From Geosiphon pyriformis uo1 (Eukaryota; Fungi; Glomeromycota), in contig JAAOMT010000597.1 in NCBI GenBank assembly GCA_016748015.1, positions 496,001 through 560,000 on the forward strand: a stretch of DNA of 64,000 nucleotides, read 5' to 3'. Below are positions 15,151 through 30,281 of the stretch, in pieces. The notes beneath the pieces are model-generated. The model saw nothing but the letters and a program-made list of their open reading frames with translations, was not told the DNA's origin and did not search any database. The position numbers and the translations under genes are program-made. Numbering within the stretch: position 1 is the stretch's first letter; the number at the start of each line of letters is the position of its first letter.

Positions 15151-16179
15151 ATTAATATCTTTGATAATTATCAGTTCTTTTGGGAAAGATATGGATTCAA
15201 AAGAATGGAACCCTTCAAAGTTGGAAAAGTTTTGGTCAATTTCTCCAAACAAAAATAGAATTGATGGAATTGACAGTTGATGAAACAAAAAAACCTCAAC
15301 ATTGCCCTTGAGATTGAACAAAATATAACAAACCTGATTTTGACATCTTTATTGATGATAGTCAAAATGCGATTTTGGAAACCAAGAGACTCCTTCCTCA
15401 ATCTAATATAATACTTGTGATGCCTAACTATATAAAGAATGTTGAATAATTAAAAATTTATAGAGCAAGAAAAGCGAAAATAAATATCTAGATACGAATG
15501 TTTCAAGTGATGCAATGTGTTCACTTTATCGCAGCACACCCCATATCATCTTTATCTTTCACTTAAATGGACTTTTTAACAGCAACTGATTTGTACGTCT
15601 ATGGTTTCAAATCGGAAAATAAAGGAGCATTCTCCCAAAATATTGATTTTGAATTTCAAACTAAAAGAATTTATTAGTCGCAATTGAGGTGACCCATGCA
15701 ATCTACTTAAAAACGATAAATATTTTAAACTAAGTTTGTTATTACCAGTGAATTAGTCTCAAAGAAAGTCAATTTCTAAATGTCACAAAAAATTTCGTCA
15801 ATTTTGCTAGTAGCATTTATCATTGCAGCGAAAAATATTTCGTTGTTTAGGCGTCTTTAGTGTAATTATGTGATTGAGGTCTCGGATTGTTGAGTAGTAC
15901 ATATTTAAATGAATAATTCTGAAATGGTTGGACAATAAAATTAATCGTATGCACATAAAAGTGTTGATCTCGGAATGTTCTTTTCAATTAAAATTGAACA
16001 AAAGAATCACTTTAACAAGTACATGTACATAAAAATTATGTACAACAAGAAAATTTTCCTAGATTAATTACCCCATCTTTTAAGGGATCCGGAAGATCTG
16101 GTACTCAATATTTTTTTTAAAATTTGCTCTTAAATTACGAAAATTCCGTTACAATACTTGAAAATCTTGACCACAATAA

Positions 16180-19100
16180 ATTATGGTTAGTTAATATTAA
16201 AAATATACATATATTACAATTGGTCATATATTAAATACAGTAATATTTTAAAGAAAACTAAATTATATATGTAATGTTTTACAATACATATAAGTATATA
16301 CTAAAAATTAATCGCAAAAATTTGATTTAATTAATAATCAAAACATTATAAGAAAAAGATACGATATAAAATTTAAAAAATATTACAGCACAAAAATTGT
16401 TAAAAATAATATTTACACAATATTGATATTAAAAGATGAATTGATAGCAGTAAGAAATTTTGCAACAGCTGACAGATTAGACAGTTTTTTATCAATATAA
16501 TACTCAATAAATAATGTTAATATGAAACAAATTATTACACATGTTTATTGAAATATGTCATTAAAAATAGTCTCCTGAAAAATGTACAAAAAATTTATTT
16601 TAAATAAAATAAAACTAATTTTGAAACACATACAATAAATTTAAATTAAGTGCAAATCGGAATTCTTTTACAAGTTAAAAGAATACATGATCATGCTGCT
16701 TTGACAAAATCAAAAACAAAAAAGTGTGACCAAATAATTTGTACTTTAACATGTTTAATTAATTAATAATAATTAAATATATGTAAAAGATGAAAGAATT
16801 CAAGTATTTAAATATTATATCAATAAAGCAAAATTTGGTGAATTTTTTGTAAAATTAAATATATTAAAAATTCACATACATTAAATTATTTACTGAATTT
16901 AAATTAATATTATTTCGAAATAATAAACTTATTAAAAATATTGATTGTAATAAACTCAAAACAAATTTTTAATTTTTATATTATTTATATTATTATTATA
17001 AGTTTAACAAAAGATTTAACTATGTTTAATATTATTTTATTATTTTCTTTTAATTAATCTGTTAAAAACAATTCTTATAATTTTTTAGTAATTAATTAAT
17101 AATCATAAATTATGAAACTAACAATAATACTTGAAGTAATTAAAATTGAATATAATTTTCTTTATTAGCTGTTTAAATTAATTATGAATTTAATATTATA
17201 TTAAATATAAATATAATAATAATTATTATTTTATTTAGTAATTAATTTAATTTTTTGATAAATCTGTTTAAGTTTTTGATTTTTTTGTTGACAAACTTTT
17301 TTGTTTTGAAAATTGAAATATTTAATTAAAAAACATTGTTTTTAGTTCTGATAACTTGATTAATACACTATTATTTCATTTATAATTTTTTAAATTCAAT
17401 TAAAAACGTTTGCAAAATAAAATTCTATTAATAAATAATACAATAATATATATATTTTTCCAAACAAAAACATTTGAAAATGTTTATTTATTTTTCATTT
17501 CTTGGATATAATTCTAAATAAATAAATAAATAAATAATATTTTTTAAATTATTAATTTTATGTTTTTTGAGAATTTTAAACTTATTACTAATATTTTAAA
17601 ACTTTGAATTTTTTATTTAATTTTTTATTTTTTATTAGTTTTGTTTTACCAACTTTAATAATAACAACAAAATTTAATCCAGTTGTAAATAATGGTATTT
17701 TTTTTTAATTTAAATAATATATTTATTAAAATAAATACAAATCAACATTTGGTTGTATTGCTTAATGTAATTATTTTAACAAATTATTTTTTGTTGAAAA
17801 ATAAAATCAATTGTGCTCTAATATGTATTTTTATTTGATTATTATATAAGTTTACTTGTTTTAAAAATTGGATTAATATTGTAAAAATTTAAATAACAAT
17901 TTTTTTTTAATGTTTGATGTTTTTTTTTAAAATCAAAATAATTTATGTTAAAACTGTATATTAATTATTATATAATTTGGTTGGTTTCAAATCGGTCATT
18001 AAAAATAATATAAAGATGTTTTATATAAAATTTATATTTTAAAATTTTTTAAATGCTGTTATCAAAATTGTGCTTTTTAAATTGGTTTTTATTAAATTCA
18101 AAATTGTAAAACTTATTTTAATTTTTAATATTATTTTAATTTTTATTACTATTGTAATTTGTAATATTTTTTTAATATATATATATATTTTAACAATATT
18201 AAAAATGTCTTAAAATATCTAACAAAATTATTACTATTAAATTAAAACTTTTTGGTTTTGTAATAGTATATTATTGCTTATTTTAAAAACTTAAATTTTA
18301 TTAATTTTGTTTTATTTTATTTTAATAAAAAAAAAAAGTATTAAAAATTTTTCTTGTTAATTATTAATAAAATTAATATTTTGAAAAATATTATGTTTGA
18401 TAAAAAAATTTTAATTTTTAATGTAAAAGTTGTTAAAAATCTGACACAGTAAATAATAATTTTATAAAATATAAAAAAATATTTTTTAAAATCATATTTT
18501 ATTTAAATTAGAAAAAAATATAGGATTCTTAAAGAAATAATTATATTATAATTATATACATGTTTTTTGCTTGTTCTCAGTAGTTTAATATATAATTAAT
18601 TTATAATAAATAATTTTGTGTTTAGCTAATTTTACAATTTTTAAAGTAATAATTGTTGATTTACAAAATTTGTTTAATAATATAATATAAATTATATAAA
18701 AATTATTAGTTTTTGTACAAACTAACAATTTTTTTTATAATTTATTAATATTATATATTTTCTTTTTATTAAAATAATTTGAAATCTTTTACATGTTTTA
18801 TTTTTAAAAATTATTAATTAAAATTTTTTATAAACATTAAATATTATTTAAAATAAAATTCATTTTTTTAATCAATAAAATATTTTTTGCAACTGTTTAA
18901 AAAATATTTTTTATTAATTTTAATAATTAATTTAATTATTTTTAAAAAATATTATTGTACAAATTATTTCACAAATTTGTAAATTTTAAAAAAAAAAACA
19001 ATTAATGTTGTATATAGTTCGCAAAATCTAATTTTAATTAATTATTTATATTATATATTAAATATTAAATTACCTTTATTAAATTTTAAATAAAATTACT

Positions 19101-19296
19101 GTTTATTATTTGAATTTCAAAAAAAAAATCTATTATTAACAAAAAATGTTGTTTTATTATAAATAATAAAAATATACAATTTTTTATTTAGTAATAAGAC
19201 TGATCTAATTTAATTATTTAAATATTAAAACATATGAAATTTAAAATTTTAATACTTATTTTTAGTAAGACTTTTAAGCCAATTATATACAATAGT

Positions 19297-19327
<31 letters not shown>

Positions 19328-19443
19328 TAATTAATTTTTAATGTTTTAACTTGAATTTATTTGCATAAAAATATTTATTAACTAAATATATTTTTATTTT
19401 TTTTAAAAAAAAGTAAAATTTTAAATAATAATTATGTTTAAAC

Positions 19444-19487
<44 letters not shown>

Positions 19488-19990
19488 TATTATTATTATT
19501 ATTTACAAAAATTATAGTTTACAGTTTAATAATAATTGAATTATTAATTCAGAAACAATTAAATAAAAATATTATATAATATATTAACATTAAATATTAA
19601 AAACTTAAAGTTTTTTAGTTTATAATTACAAAATAAACAATATTTAATTTTATTGTTTTATTTTTATTATAAATAATAAATTTAACAGTTTTAATATATA
19701 AATTATTATACTTAAAACTTTTTTAAAATATTTGGTTGCTTAATGTTTAAATTATAATTACAATAATTATAGAATTTTTGTTTAAATATTTTATTATTTA
19801 AATATTTATTTAATTTTTATATATTGATTATTTTTAAATTATTAAATTAGATTTTTAACATTTAAAAATATTTTTTAAGTTTTATTGTTAATTTATTTAC
19901 TGTATTTTTTTTGTAAGATTTAAATAAAATTATATATAATTAATTGTAAATTTATTATTAATATATAATAATTTTTAATATATTTTGGTT
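16180..19990. repeat. Extremely AT-rich degenerate block (probable decayed repeat/TE)
   Basis: About 3.8 kb with very few CG, CC or GG dinucleotides, non-periodic, no ORF in the track. Confidence 0.55.
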
Positions 19991-21835
19991 TGTAAATCAA
20001 GTGCAGTATATTTTGATCTCACAGATTAGAGCAAATCAGATTAAATGCAAAGTATTTATAAGGGTACTTCTTTTTATATACAAAAATCTTATCTGAAATT
20101 AAATCATATTTTTTATTCCTTTATTCTTTCAATATAAAGTTTAATAATAATAAATTATAAAGTTCAATAATAAATCCCCTTTTTGGCAAAAAAAAAAGGA
20201 GTTATAATCTCTACTGATGAACAATTAACGATTTTCAAAGATCGATTGTACTGAAATTAAAATTTATTTATTTTATCACAAATAGATAATATTCTCTTAC
20301 TGAATAAATCGTTAAAAAATAATATTAAAAATTCTTAAGAATAAGTTTAATGTATTAATGATTTTTATAAAAATAGAAATTCATAAAATATTTTCATCCT
20401 CGCAAAGTACACTTTTACAAGATATATATATATTTTTGGCCTAAAAAACAATAAACAATTTTTTCGAAATGAAATATTAAAGTGTTTAATAAGTCGTTAA
20501 AGAGGTTGATACCTCGTTAAATAATTTAATTCTTTTAAATCTTGAAAGGTTTACAATTCAAATCCTTAAACTCAATTTGAATTCTAAAAATTTATTTAGG
20601 AAAAGAGAATTTTCTAAATATCTTTCTGTTTATGAATAATTGCTGGATTTGTAGATTGAAAATTTATTCAGAGAAAACGTTTTTTTTCTGAAAGTTATGA
20701 ACTAATTATAAGCGAATAGGACACCTTCGTTTTATAAAAAAGTTATTGAAAGGCAAAGTTGAGTCACACATGCATTCTATTAATTTTTTAAATTTAAAAT
20801 ATCTATTGAGGATATTTAAAAGTATGAATTTTTCGAATAGATTTTTGTTTATTGAGTAAGGAAAATGCAGTTTTTAGAAATTTTCTAAATAACTTTTGCT
20901 TTTTTCCCATATATTTTCTGAAAATATTAATTTCAACCTGATAAGTTTTTTAGATGATACCAAATTTTTTAAATTTAGGTTTCACGCTACCATATTTGTT
21001 GATTCACTGATAAAATCGTCCAATTACATTTTCAAGAAATTATGTGATTTGCCACACATATTAGCTGTTGCATGTACGACACAAAATTTGCTTAATGAAG
21101 CCATGATGAGGATCAAATAATTTGGTATATATTCAAGAGGAAGTTCGACAAGGCGATTTTTTTATTGCAAATATTCTTAGCCTCATTATATTTATCTTTG
21201 TTTATAAAGCCTTCCTTTCAGCAACATTTTCTAAATAAGCAAGATTTTTTTTTACAAATTTTATATCAAACAAACTTAAAAAGCAAAGATTTGATTATTG
21301 ATATCATAGAATTACATAACTTGAAAAAATACTTTTAGTTTCCAAATTTTTCTTGCCTATATTTGAAAATCAGTCTTTTTACCTTTTACGAATTCCCACT
21401 AAACGAAAATCCAGCACCCAATCCAATTCAACAGATTTTTCCATAATTAATACGACTCTATAAAAATTCTTATTATAAAAAAGTCTAATTATCAACTTTA
21501 CCAACATCAATCCTGAAAGTTTTTAATTAGGGTAAATGAAAAATAATTGTCGATCAGCTAGTCATGATGACGAAAGGTAAACTTTATTTACATTTTTAAG
21601 GTGTTTATGGTATCAACTACCACTTTAAAATTATTAACATATATTTCGAGATCCGTCTTACAGGTTAAAGAACTTTGATAGCTGATAAGGTCACAGGTTA
21701 CATTTAGATAATGTACGCATACATCAACTTTAGTCTGGAATTCAAATCTTTTTGTTTATAAATTTTCGCAGGAAGAAACATTCAGGAAAACCATAAAGAC
21801 TCATGCATTGATTTTAAAGGTTAGTAAAATTGATT

Positions 21836-21976
<141 letters not shown>

Positions 21977-22446
21977 GCATTTCATTTCATTTCGAGTTTA
22001 AAATCTTTCCTCATATGAAAACGGAAAAATGAAAATTTCTAGACATTCACGTCTGAAATTATTTGTTAATCTCGAGAAAATCATCACATTTACTTTATTA
22101 CTCGATTCTTAATCTAAAAGGTGCATTTTTTGTTCCACACGTAGACAGATATAATCATAAATGCATCCAAACAAATTGCCAAGGTTTGATAAAAATCGCA
22201 GTACCTGTCACAAATCCCTTTCGGAGAAGTCCCTTATTTCTCATGGATAATAAACCGGATATTGCGCCCAACTTAATATAGATGAAAGGCTCACACCTTA
22301 CATCAGTTTTGCATAATTTTGAGAAACTTTGGTGTTCAAGGATTTATCAGTTGATAAAAATATAAAAGAATGAAAACTGTCAGCACCTAAAAACCTGAAA
22401 ATTTAAAAATCAAAGAATTTGCAAAATCAATTGCATTTCGCAAAAA

Positions 22447-23108
22447 ATGAGCATGAGTATCACTTCATTGCCAATTCAAACTATTTCGCAAGAAAACTTT
22501 CCTGATCCTGGTTGGTTTTCGTCACTTCCCAATTGTGAAAAAGGTTCAATATGGAAAACTACACTTTTTCTTGAGAATAATGGTAGTGTGGCTAGAGATC
22601 ACTTAGGTAATTTCATAAATTTTAAACGCGGAAAACTCTAATTACTACCAATTATTTAAGAATTCTATTCCTAATTTCTTTCAACAGCAAATGAACGAAC
22701 ATTTTTAGCATGGTTACGAACTTCACTTTCTTTTATTGGAATCGGACTTGGTAAATTCTCTAATTACAATTTAAATAACTTTCACCTTTTAAAAATTTTC
22801 CTTCTCTCACTACAAAGCTATGTTTTTCTATTTATACAGCAACAGCCCAGTTATTTCGTCTTACAAATAGGGATCACACTTCAATTGATGATCGCTTTGG
22901 TCAACCATTAGGGATAACATTTATCATGTTAGGAATAATGTTCCTCTTCTTTGGTGTAACACGATATTTTCTTTCACAGACTACCATGATTCGTGGTCAA
23001 TTCCCAGCCACGCGTGGAGCTATAATTCTGGCGGTAATTTTGACAACAATCACATTAATCGGGTGTTTGGTTATTATTATTGTTGTCGGCCGTGTCTCTC
23101 GGACCTGA
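22447..23108 (+). CDS. DUF202 (YidH-like) membrane protein, paralog B; exons 22447-22606, 22688-22750, 22840-23108
   Basis: Spliced product reads ...TLFLENNGSVARDHL|ANERTFLAWLRTSLSFIGIGL|ATAQLFRL...VTRYFLSQTTMIRGQFPATRG...; intron positions and phases are identical to paralog A; TATAAAA near 22360. Confidence 0.92.
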
Positions 23109-25632
23109 ATTTATCTCAATGCATCAACCTTTTTTATAGTAAAAAGTAATAGAACATATAGATTTTTAGATTTTTAGATTATTAGGACGATAGATATTCC
23201 AAAAGTGTAAAAATTAGACATTTCTCAAGAAAAACTTCTTCGAGAGTCTAGTAAAATAGTAATTTGGAAAATTTTTTCGAAAGGGTCCTACGATGGATGG
23301 ATGATAACATAGAACTTTAATTAATTGAAAAATGTGCTGAACTTTTATTGGTTTGAATAACAAGAAATAGATATTATCTTTTTCATTTTGAATTATTTAT
23401 GGATATGCATTAGGATGTAGGCGTTATCACATTCATGCAAAAATACGTCACAAAAGCTTTTGAACAATGAGATTACAATTTTTGGTGGTGATACAACAAT
23501 ATTCTTTGATGTGTGTTGAAAAAAATTTCCAGAGAATTTTTCGTGTATTAAGTTAATTTTTTGCATTAGATGAAAAAAAAGCCATGGTTGGAGATAACCG
23601 TAACTGGCTCGGTGATTGAGGATAAAAAAAATAATAAAGTTAAATCTTTCGTTAAAGATCTATTTTTGTACATATATATATATATATATACGAGGTTTTC
23701 AGCTCAGTGGTTTGTTTCTTTTTTTTGTAACGGTTAGAACCGTTAAAATAATTTACATAACAGCGAATTTTACTTATTCACGAATATACGTGCAGATATG
23801 GTTACGATAAACGTTACCACCTTGTTTAATCCACCTCTAGCCTTTTATCTGTGAAACTGCTAATTTTTTTTTATGCTTATTACCATAGATTTTGTTATAC
23901 CTTCACGAGAAACAAATTTTTGGGTAGAATATCTTTCTTCAAGAAGGATACACATTCTTAGGAATTTTTCTATAGAAATAAGAGTCATAATAGTTCTTTT
24001 AATGAAAAAAATATTGTTATTTCATTTCTGAGAACTCTCTTCCAAATTCAGTATATATAATTAAAGAAAAATCCTTTGAACTTATTCTTGATTGTTTATT
24101 TTTTAATAATGAAGCTTGTGCCAGAACAATTTATGGAAAATTAAAAATAAATATTTTCAATATTTTATTTAAATATATTAATTTAGTTTGTTTATTAAAT
24201 ACCAACATTTGCATTTTGAAAATATAAACATAATTGGTTTTTATAAGATATTTTTCATTATATCATTCAAACTAAAACTTAATTGTATTATATTAAATAA
24301 TAATAATAATAATAAACTAATTTAATAAAAATAATAATTACTTTTTCAAATTTACAAATTGTTTTGAGCAATATTCTTGAGCATTTCTTTCTACAACATC
24401 TATATCTATTATAAATAAATTAAAACTACTTCAACAAAAGTTCAAAATTTAAATTTAAATTTTAAAAATCCGCGTAAAAGGCGAAGACATTCAATATTTC
24501 AAAAGTTCAAGGATCTCAGTCTTGACTTGAAAAAAACATTCATCTTGGTAAATGGATTCAAGCAAAGCAAAGCACGAAAAAAAGATCCTAAAGATACAAA
24601 ATTTTTGAATAAAATGGATTGAGTTCCTTACCAGTGACATTTTATTTAGGATTGAAAAGTCAGGTGTAAAAAAATGCATTCAAGAAAGTAGTTGGTAGTC
24701 GTATATGTTAAAATTTTAATGATACGTTTTGATAACGGCTCATTTCATAGTTTGCAAAAAAGGTTTTCTGTAATTCAGTTCAGCTCCAAGTTTAGAATGT
24801 TAATAGAAAAGGAATTTAGGTTCAGCTTTTGGAAAAATCTGAGTTTGGAATTTCAATAAGAAGTAATATATGCATTGGAAGGCATATACCCGATTAAAAG
24901 TAAAACCATTTAGCAGAAAATATTTATGCTCAACATTGTATAAGTACTATATGGTAGAAGTTTCGTTAATGTATGACAAATTTTCTTCAAGGAATGCAGC
25001 ATATACTGGTAAGATTTAGATATTCTTATTGGCACTTGTATTAATAATTTGCAGCCAACCCACATTTAAAATGCGCCCAAATTATTCAAGATGACCGAAT
25101 TTACATTCTTTTTAAAATTGAATTTAAAATAGGCCGAATCCTATTTAAACAGTGCTATTGATATATTAACTGCTTATTAAGTATTCTTTAGTCTTATTAA
25201 ATTTTTTATTAAACTTCCCAGAATTCGAATAGAATTATCAAAGAGTTATAGATGAATGAGATGACTCAATTATTCTCGTTTCAAGAAATACCTGATTTAA
25301 TAGTCTTAATTTTTTCATCAGAGAAATTAAATCAGTATTTCTAATTTTTGCATTGTGGTTTGTAAAACACTTACACAAGGAGTCAATCAGAAATTATTTC
25401 ATTAAATCAAGTTTTTCTGCATGCATATAGACTTTCAACCCCGTTTATGAAAAGGAAACTTTGTTGCAAGGGAAAAAACTAGACGATGTAATACATAGTC
25501 CGTGAAAATGCTCGGTTGGTAAAAAATCAAGAGATCTATTTAAACAAGCACTTGGTTGCTTAAGTCAATTTAGAGTAAAATCCTCTCTTGGTAACTAACT
25601 GCCAACCATTTTTAAACATAATTTCTGCAAAT

Positions 25633-28600
25633 ATGAAACCTCCTAGGCGTCATACAGTTGACAATACCTACTCTGATGAAAAAAACCATGATACGGTCTT
25701 TGCTGAAAACTCATATTACGAGGATTCTAGTAAAGGTTTAGATTATTTGCGTGATCAAAATCTTATCGCTCTCAGCCCTAATGGTCAAATGGCGGCTATG
25801 ATTACAAGAGGTTAGTGCTTTGTCTTGGGTCTAAGATTTCCTTTTCGGTAAAGCCAATTTAACAATTTTGTTTGATTTTTGGATAGAAAATAGGAAAATT
25901 ATGGCTTTCAAACTTGACCCACTTGACCAAACTTCACAATCTACTCTGACGAAACCCATTGAACCGGGATTTTTCATTCATTCTAAAGCTGCTGATTATT
26001 CACTCGCGATATCAAACCAGTCAGACGCGCTTAATGTTTTCTACATTGTAATTTCTCGTTCTGGTATACCCAGCACTCATCATACTAAAAAAGGTGATAT
26101 TTTTCAAGATTTTGGGAAAGATGTCCAGTTTGTTCGGAAAGATGTCCAGTTTGCTATAAATTTCACATCAGAAATTCCTACATTCGATGAAAGCGTCAAT
26201 TACACTTATTGCCTTCGAATCTCTTCAGACAAAGAGCTAGAGATAAAACATGCAGGCTTTAAATATGGGGGCATAGTGAAATTTACGACCGAATCTGAAA
26301 TTTTAATAATGACGCGAGATGGCATTCGATTTTTTGAACTTGAACAAAACAAAAAAATCACCAAAAGCAATCGAATTTATGGCACGGAAAAACCAGAGAC
26401 ACAAGTTCATCACCCATATCCAGCTTCATTGTATTTCCAAATCGATTCTCATCCAGATGTTCCTTTTGATCTATTAAACAATTGTGTCAAAAGCAAATAT
26501 CTTTTCGCGCTGGACTCGGAGAAAAATATTGAAATGTACAATTTAATTGACGGAGATTTGGAAAAAGTTTTTCATCCATTTCTCTCTGATAATAAACTAT
26601 CGAATTCTGATTCAAATGATAAAATCCGTGGCTATCCAATTTTTGCTCTTTGGGAAGATTCTCACGAAAGCAAGGCCACCGGTATCGCAACGCTGATGGC
26701 AGCTTCGTTGGGAGACGACAAAGTAACTATTTATATAGTTCATAATACTTTACCAGTAGTAACACGTCAATTCGAATTTGCTGAAGGAATTAATGGTGTT
26801 ATCCGTTTTCTTGGATTTTTTAAACATGTTGACAAAGAACATATTGGAAAAGAAAATTTGCATCTTGCAATTCTCGTAGAGGGGAATGACAAAGAAACAT
26901 CCGAAACTGAATTCAAAATATTCATGTGGGATTTATGTAAATGGAAAGAAACAAGGGAGTTTGGAAATGAAATTGACATGAAACTGTTTAAAAAAGGACA
27001 ACAATTACCTATTATCGATTCTGCTAGGACTACTGTTATACTCGATGAAACCGGACGACTATTACCTATAATTCAATCGGAGGAGGCCAAAGAACCCAAA
27101 AAGACTTATCCTAATTTTATCCCAATTGCTGATTTCTTTAAGCAGCTATCTGCATCTGAGGGCAGTCAAAAAATCTCCATGCCTAGTAAACGCCCTGAGA
27201 TGGAGGATGATATAAAAATGTCGAATGACCAAAGCGCCCACACTATGCCAACAGATATAAAAATGCCGTGTGGCCAAAGAGCCCACACTATGCCGACAGA
27301 TAATCTAAAACAGAAGGCTGGGCATCACATAGAAATGTCGAATGACCAAAGAGCCCACACTCTGCCGATAGATAATGATCCAAAACAGAAGGCGGGGCAT
27401 GATATAAAAAGATCGGATGACCAAAGAGCCCACACTCTGCCGATAGATAATGATCCAAAACACAAGGCTGTTGGATTAATAATCAATCCCATAAAACATG
27501 TTCTTGGTATCAAAGGCTCTGACTCCAATAAAAGGAATTTTGAAGACCCAAAAGGTTTCAAATTACACTCACGGCTAGATTTTAAGCCAGACCCTTTCGA
27601 TAAAAATCGAGATATTCTAAGAAAGTTTGAGCCTTGGAGCCAAATTTCTTCCCCTGATCCGGAACTCCCAAAGTTAACTCGTCTCGTTTTGCCCACTGGA
27701 AAAATTTTAAGACTATTCATTGGACATTTCACTATTCAGATCTGGCTTATTGAAGATCCTCAGAAAATATTTGGTGAATTAAAATTTATTTGGTCCCTTA
27801 AAGAAGATTTTTGGGAACATGAGAAAGAAGTTATGAAATCTGTCGAATTAACTAGTACGGGTCCTGATCAATATGAATTTAAGATATCTTTAAAAAAAAA
27901 CCAACATCCCATCAGCGTTCATTTTCAGATTGAACCGAATGAAACAACAGCCATCAACGCTATTAAAACTTTAAAATTTCTGGTGTCGAAGAGAGACGAA
28001 TTGCCAAAAAATTTGGCACGTGATTTTTCATTTATAATCAAAGAAACAACTTTGATAATTGAGTCATTTTTAAAAGACAAGCCTGAGATTTGGCGATTTT
28101 TAGACTTACACTATGGGATAACCCAACAACTGATCAAGATGAAGTGCTACGAAGTGGTTGAGAAAATCTTAGATAAAGATCACAGAAACTCTTGCTTTCA
28201 TATACCTCGCTCTACAAATTTTCACACTTCTGCCCTTGAAGAAGCGATAAATTCAGGAAACATCAGCCTTTTAAGAAACCTTCTCAACTATTATTCAACC
28301 AATGGAAATCATAATCTCGGTTGGATGACCACAATTTCTGAAGCTCTTCCAGACTTATTTAGAACTTACCCTGGCAAGTTCCAATGTTGTTGCTCGAGTT
28401 TTGAAATTATACAACTTAAGTCTTTCTAATCCCTATTATCTCACTTAATCTTAGATTTGGCCGTCGATTTATTTTCGAAACCAGTTTTTAGTTATCGAAA
28501 AATTCATATTGATAAAGTGCATCTCAGTGATATAAGTCTCAATATATTAAAAGGTTCAGATCTCCATCCATTCACATATAGCGGTAATTTTTTACGAAAG

Positions 28601-30281
28601 TCGAATAAAGAGTCCTCTGTTCAGGATACATCAGCATACGAGTTTTTCGTCGTACCACTTCCAAACATTATCGTCCGCCAGGAATCTTCGAGCTTTTTTT
28701 TAAAATATTTTTTCAAAATCTTCAGGATCAAAGAAATACATCCACGGAAGCATAGCCCATTCTATGAAATAGTCGACAATGATCGTAAAGGTGAAATCTT
28801 TGAGAACCCAGCAATGGAAGCAATTATTGAGTATGAATGGCGTGCACAAAAAACAGGACTCTTTCATATCAAAGCAATATTTTATTGGATTTATCTTCTT
28901 TTTTTTTTGGTTTGGTCAAAACTATATTTGGATGTACGAGTTTATGGTGAAGACAATGAAGATTTTATACGCAAAGCTTCATATGTTATTTTGTGGGTTG
29001 CTTGTTTATTGCTTTTCTTTGAAAGCCTCCGAATTTCTCGACGCAAACTAGCATATTTCAGAAACATATATGGTTGGCTCGATTTGGGAGCTTGTGTTTT
29101 ACCTATTTCAGTGGTGATATATGTTATTAGAGGGAATAGCTCTGCTTGCTATCAAAGTAAAATTAAGTGTCAAAATACTATCATATTTATTGCCTTTACA
29201 TCTTTAGTCCTATCAATTCAAATGGTAAGAATGAAAAGATATATTGAGTTGTGCTGATTTAAAGGGTTTCTCTTTGGCTAATCTTTCTTTTTAAATTTTA
29301 GTTTTTGAGGCTAAGATTTATTCCAAGTAAGTCCTTAGAGATTTTAATATAATATTTTACCTAAAATAAAATCTCCTTCATTGATAAATCTCTCTATAAT
29401 CTATTTAAAGAAATTGGAGGTTACATTTACGCTCTCATTTACATAATTCGGAAGACTTTTTGGTTCTTAGTTTCTGTTGTTTTTATCGCAGGATGTTTTG
29501 CCTATACAATGTAAGAGGGGTTTTTATTTAAATTTAAAATATCATTATTCTTAATAGTAAATTTTCTTTGGTATTTCTCTTAGGTATTTACTGCTTCATT
29601 ACGCGCCAAAACTTGGGGTAAATCCCGGCTCGCCTACATATACCAATATCCAAAATGGAAACAATACCAATTCAACGATTGATTTGACTCAAATTATTAA
29701 TCCCTACGATTATACCGATAACTATTATAGCGAGTTTTGGAAGTCTCTTGAAGCTGTTTATTTTTGGGTGAATGGACGATGGGATCAAATCGATCAATGG
29801 AATTTCTGGCCAATTGACATCATTTCCTTAATGGCATCAATTATACTAGTTACTATTATGCAAAATATGTTGATTGCCTTGATGTCGTAAGTATATTTTC
29901 AAAGTAAGGAAGGAAAGAAAAAATGATTATGTCCTAATATAATTTTTCATTTTAAGTAACGCCTACGACTCAGCGAGGGAACGTAGTAGACGTGGGCTAT
30001 TACAAACGCGTACTCGTATGATTCTTGAAGCCGACGAAATAAAAACGGCTTTGGTTTTTATCATTCATGTCATCCCCGGTCTCTCGTACTTGCCAAAGTT
30101 TATTCCTAGGCTTAAACCTTTTTTGAAACAGGCACATTATTATCCGTCATTTATATATTATGCAACCGATAGAATAGAGGTTGTCACCCTTGATACTCAG
30201 GTCGCCGAAATGAAGGATCAGCTGGATAAAATCTTAAATGCGATAGCAAAAGGCAATCCAAAAAATAGTATTGAGTTTTGA
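25633..30281 (+). CDS. TRP-like cation channel (ion-transport domain with a long N-terminal region); exons 25633-25810, 25887-28373, 28455-29224, 29302-29326, 29411-29510, 29584-29886, 29957-30281
   Basis: All junctions keep the frame. Pre-TM motif IFENPAMEAIIEYEW, six hydrophobic segments, YFRNIYGWLDL, FLRLRFIP, pore region FWKSLEAVYFWVNGRWD and S6 motif VTIMQNMLIALMSNAY, typical of TRP-like channels. Confidence 0.88.
27208..27470 (+). repeat. Intragenic tandem repeat in the TRP-like gene (four copies of a 15-aa core; last period 75 bp)
   Basis: DIKMSNDQSAHTMPT / DIKMPCGQRAHTMPT / HIEMSNDQRAHTLPI / DIKRSDDQRAHTLPI; gagcccacactctgccgatagataatgatccaaaaca occurs at 27351 and 27426. Confidence 0.9.
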
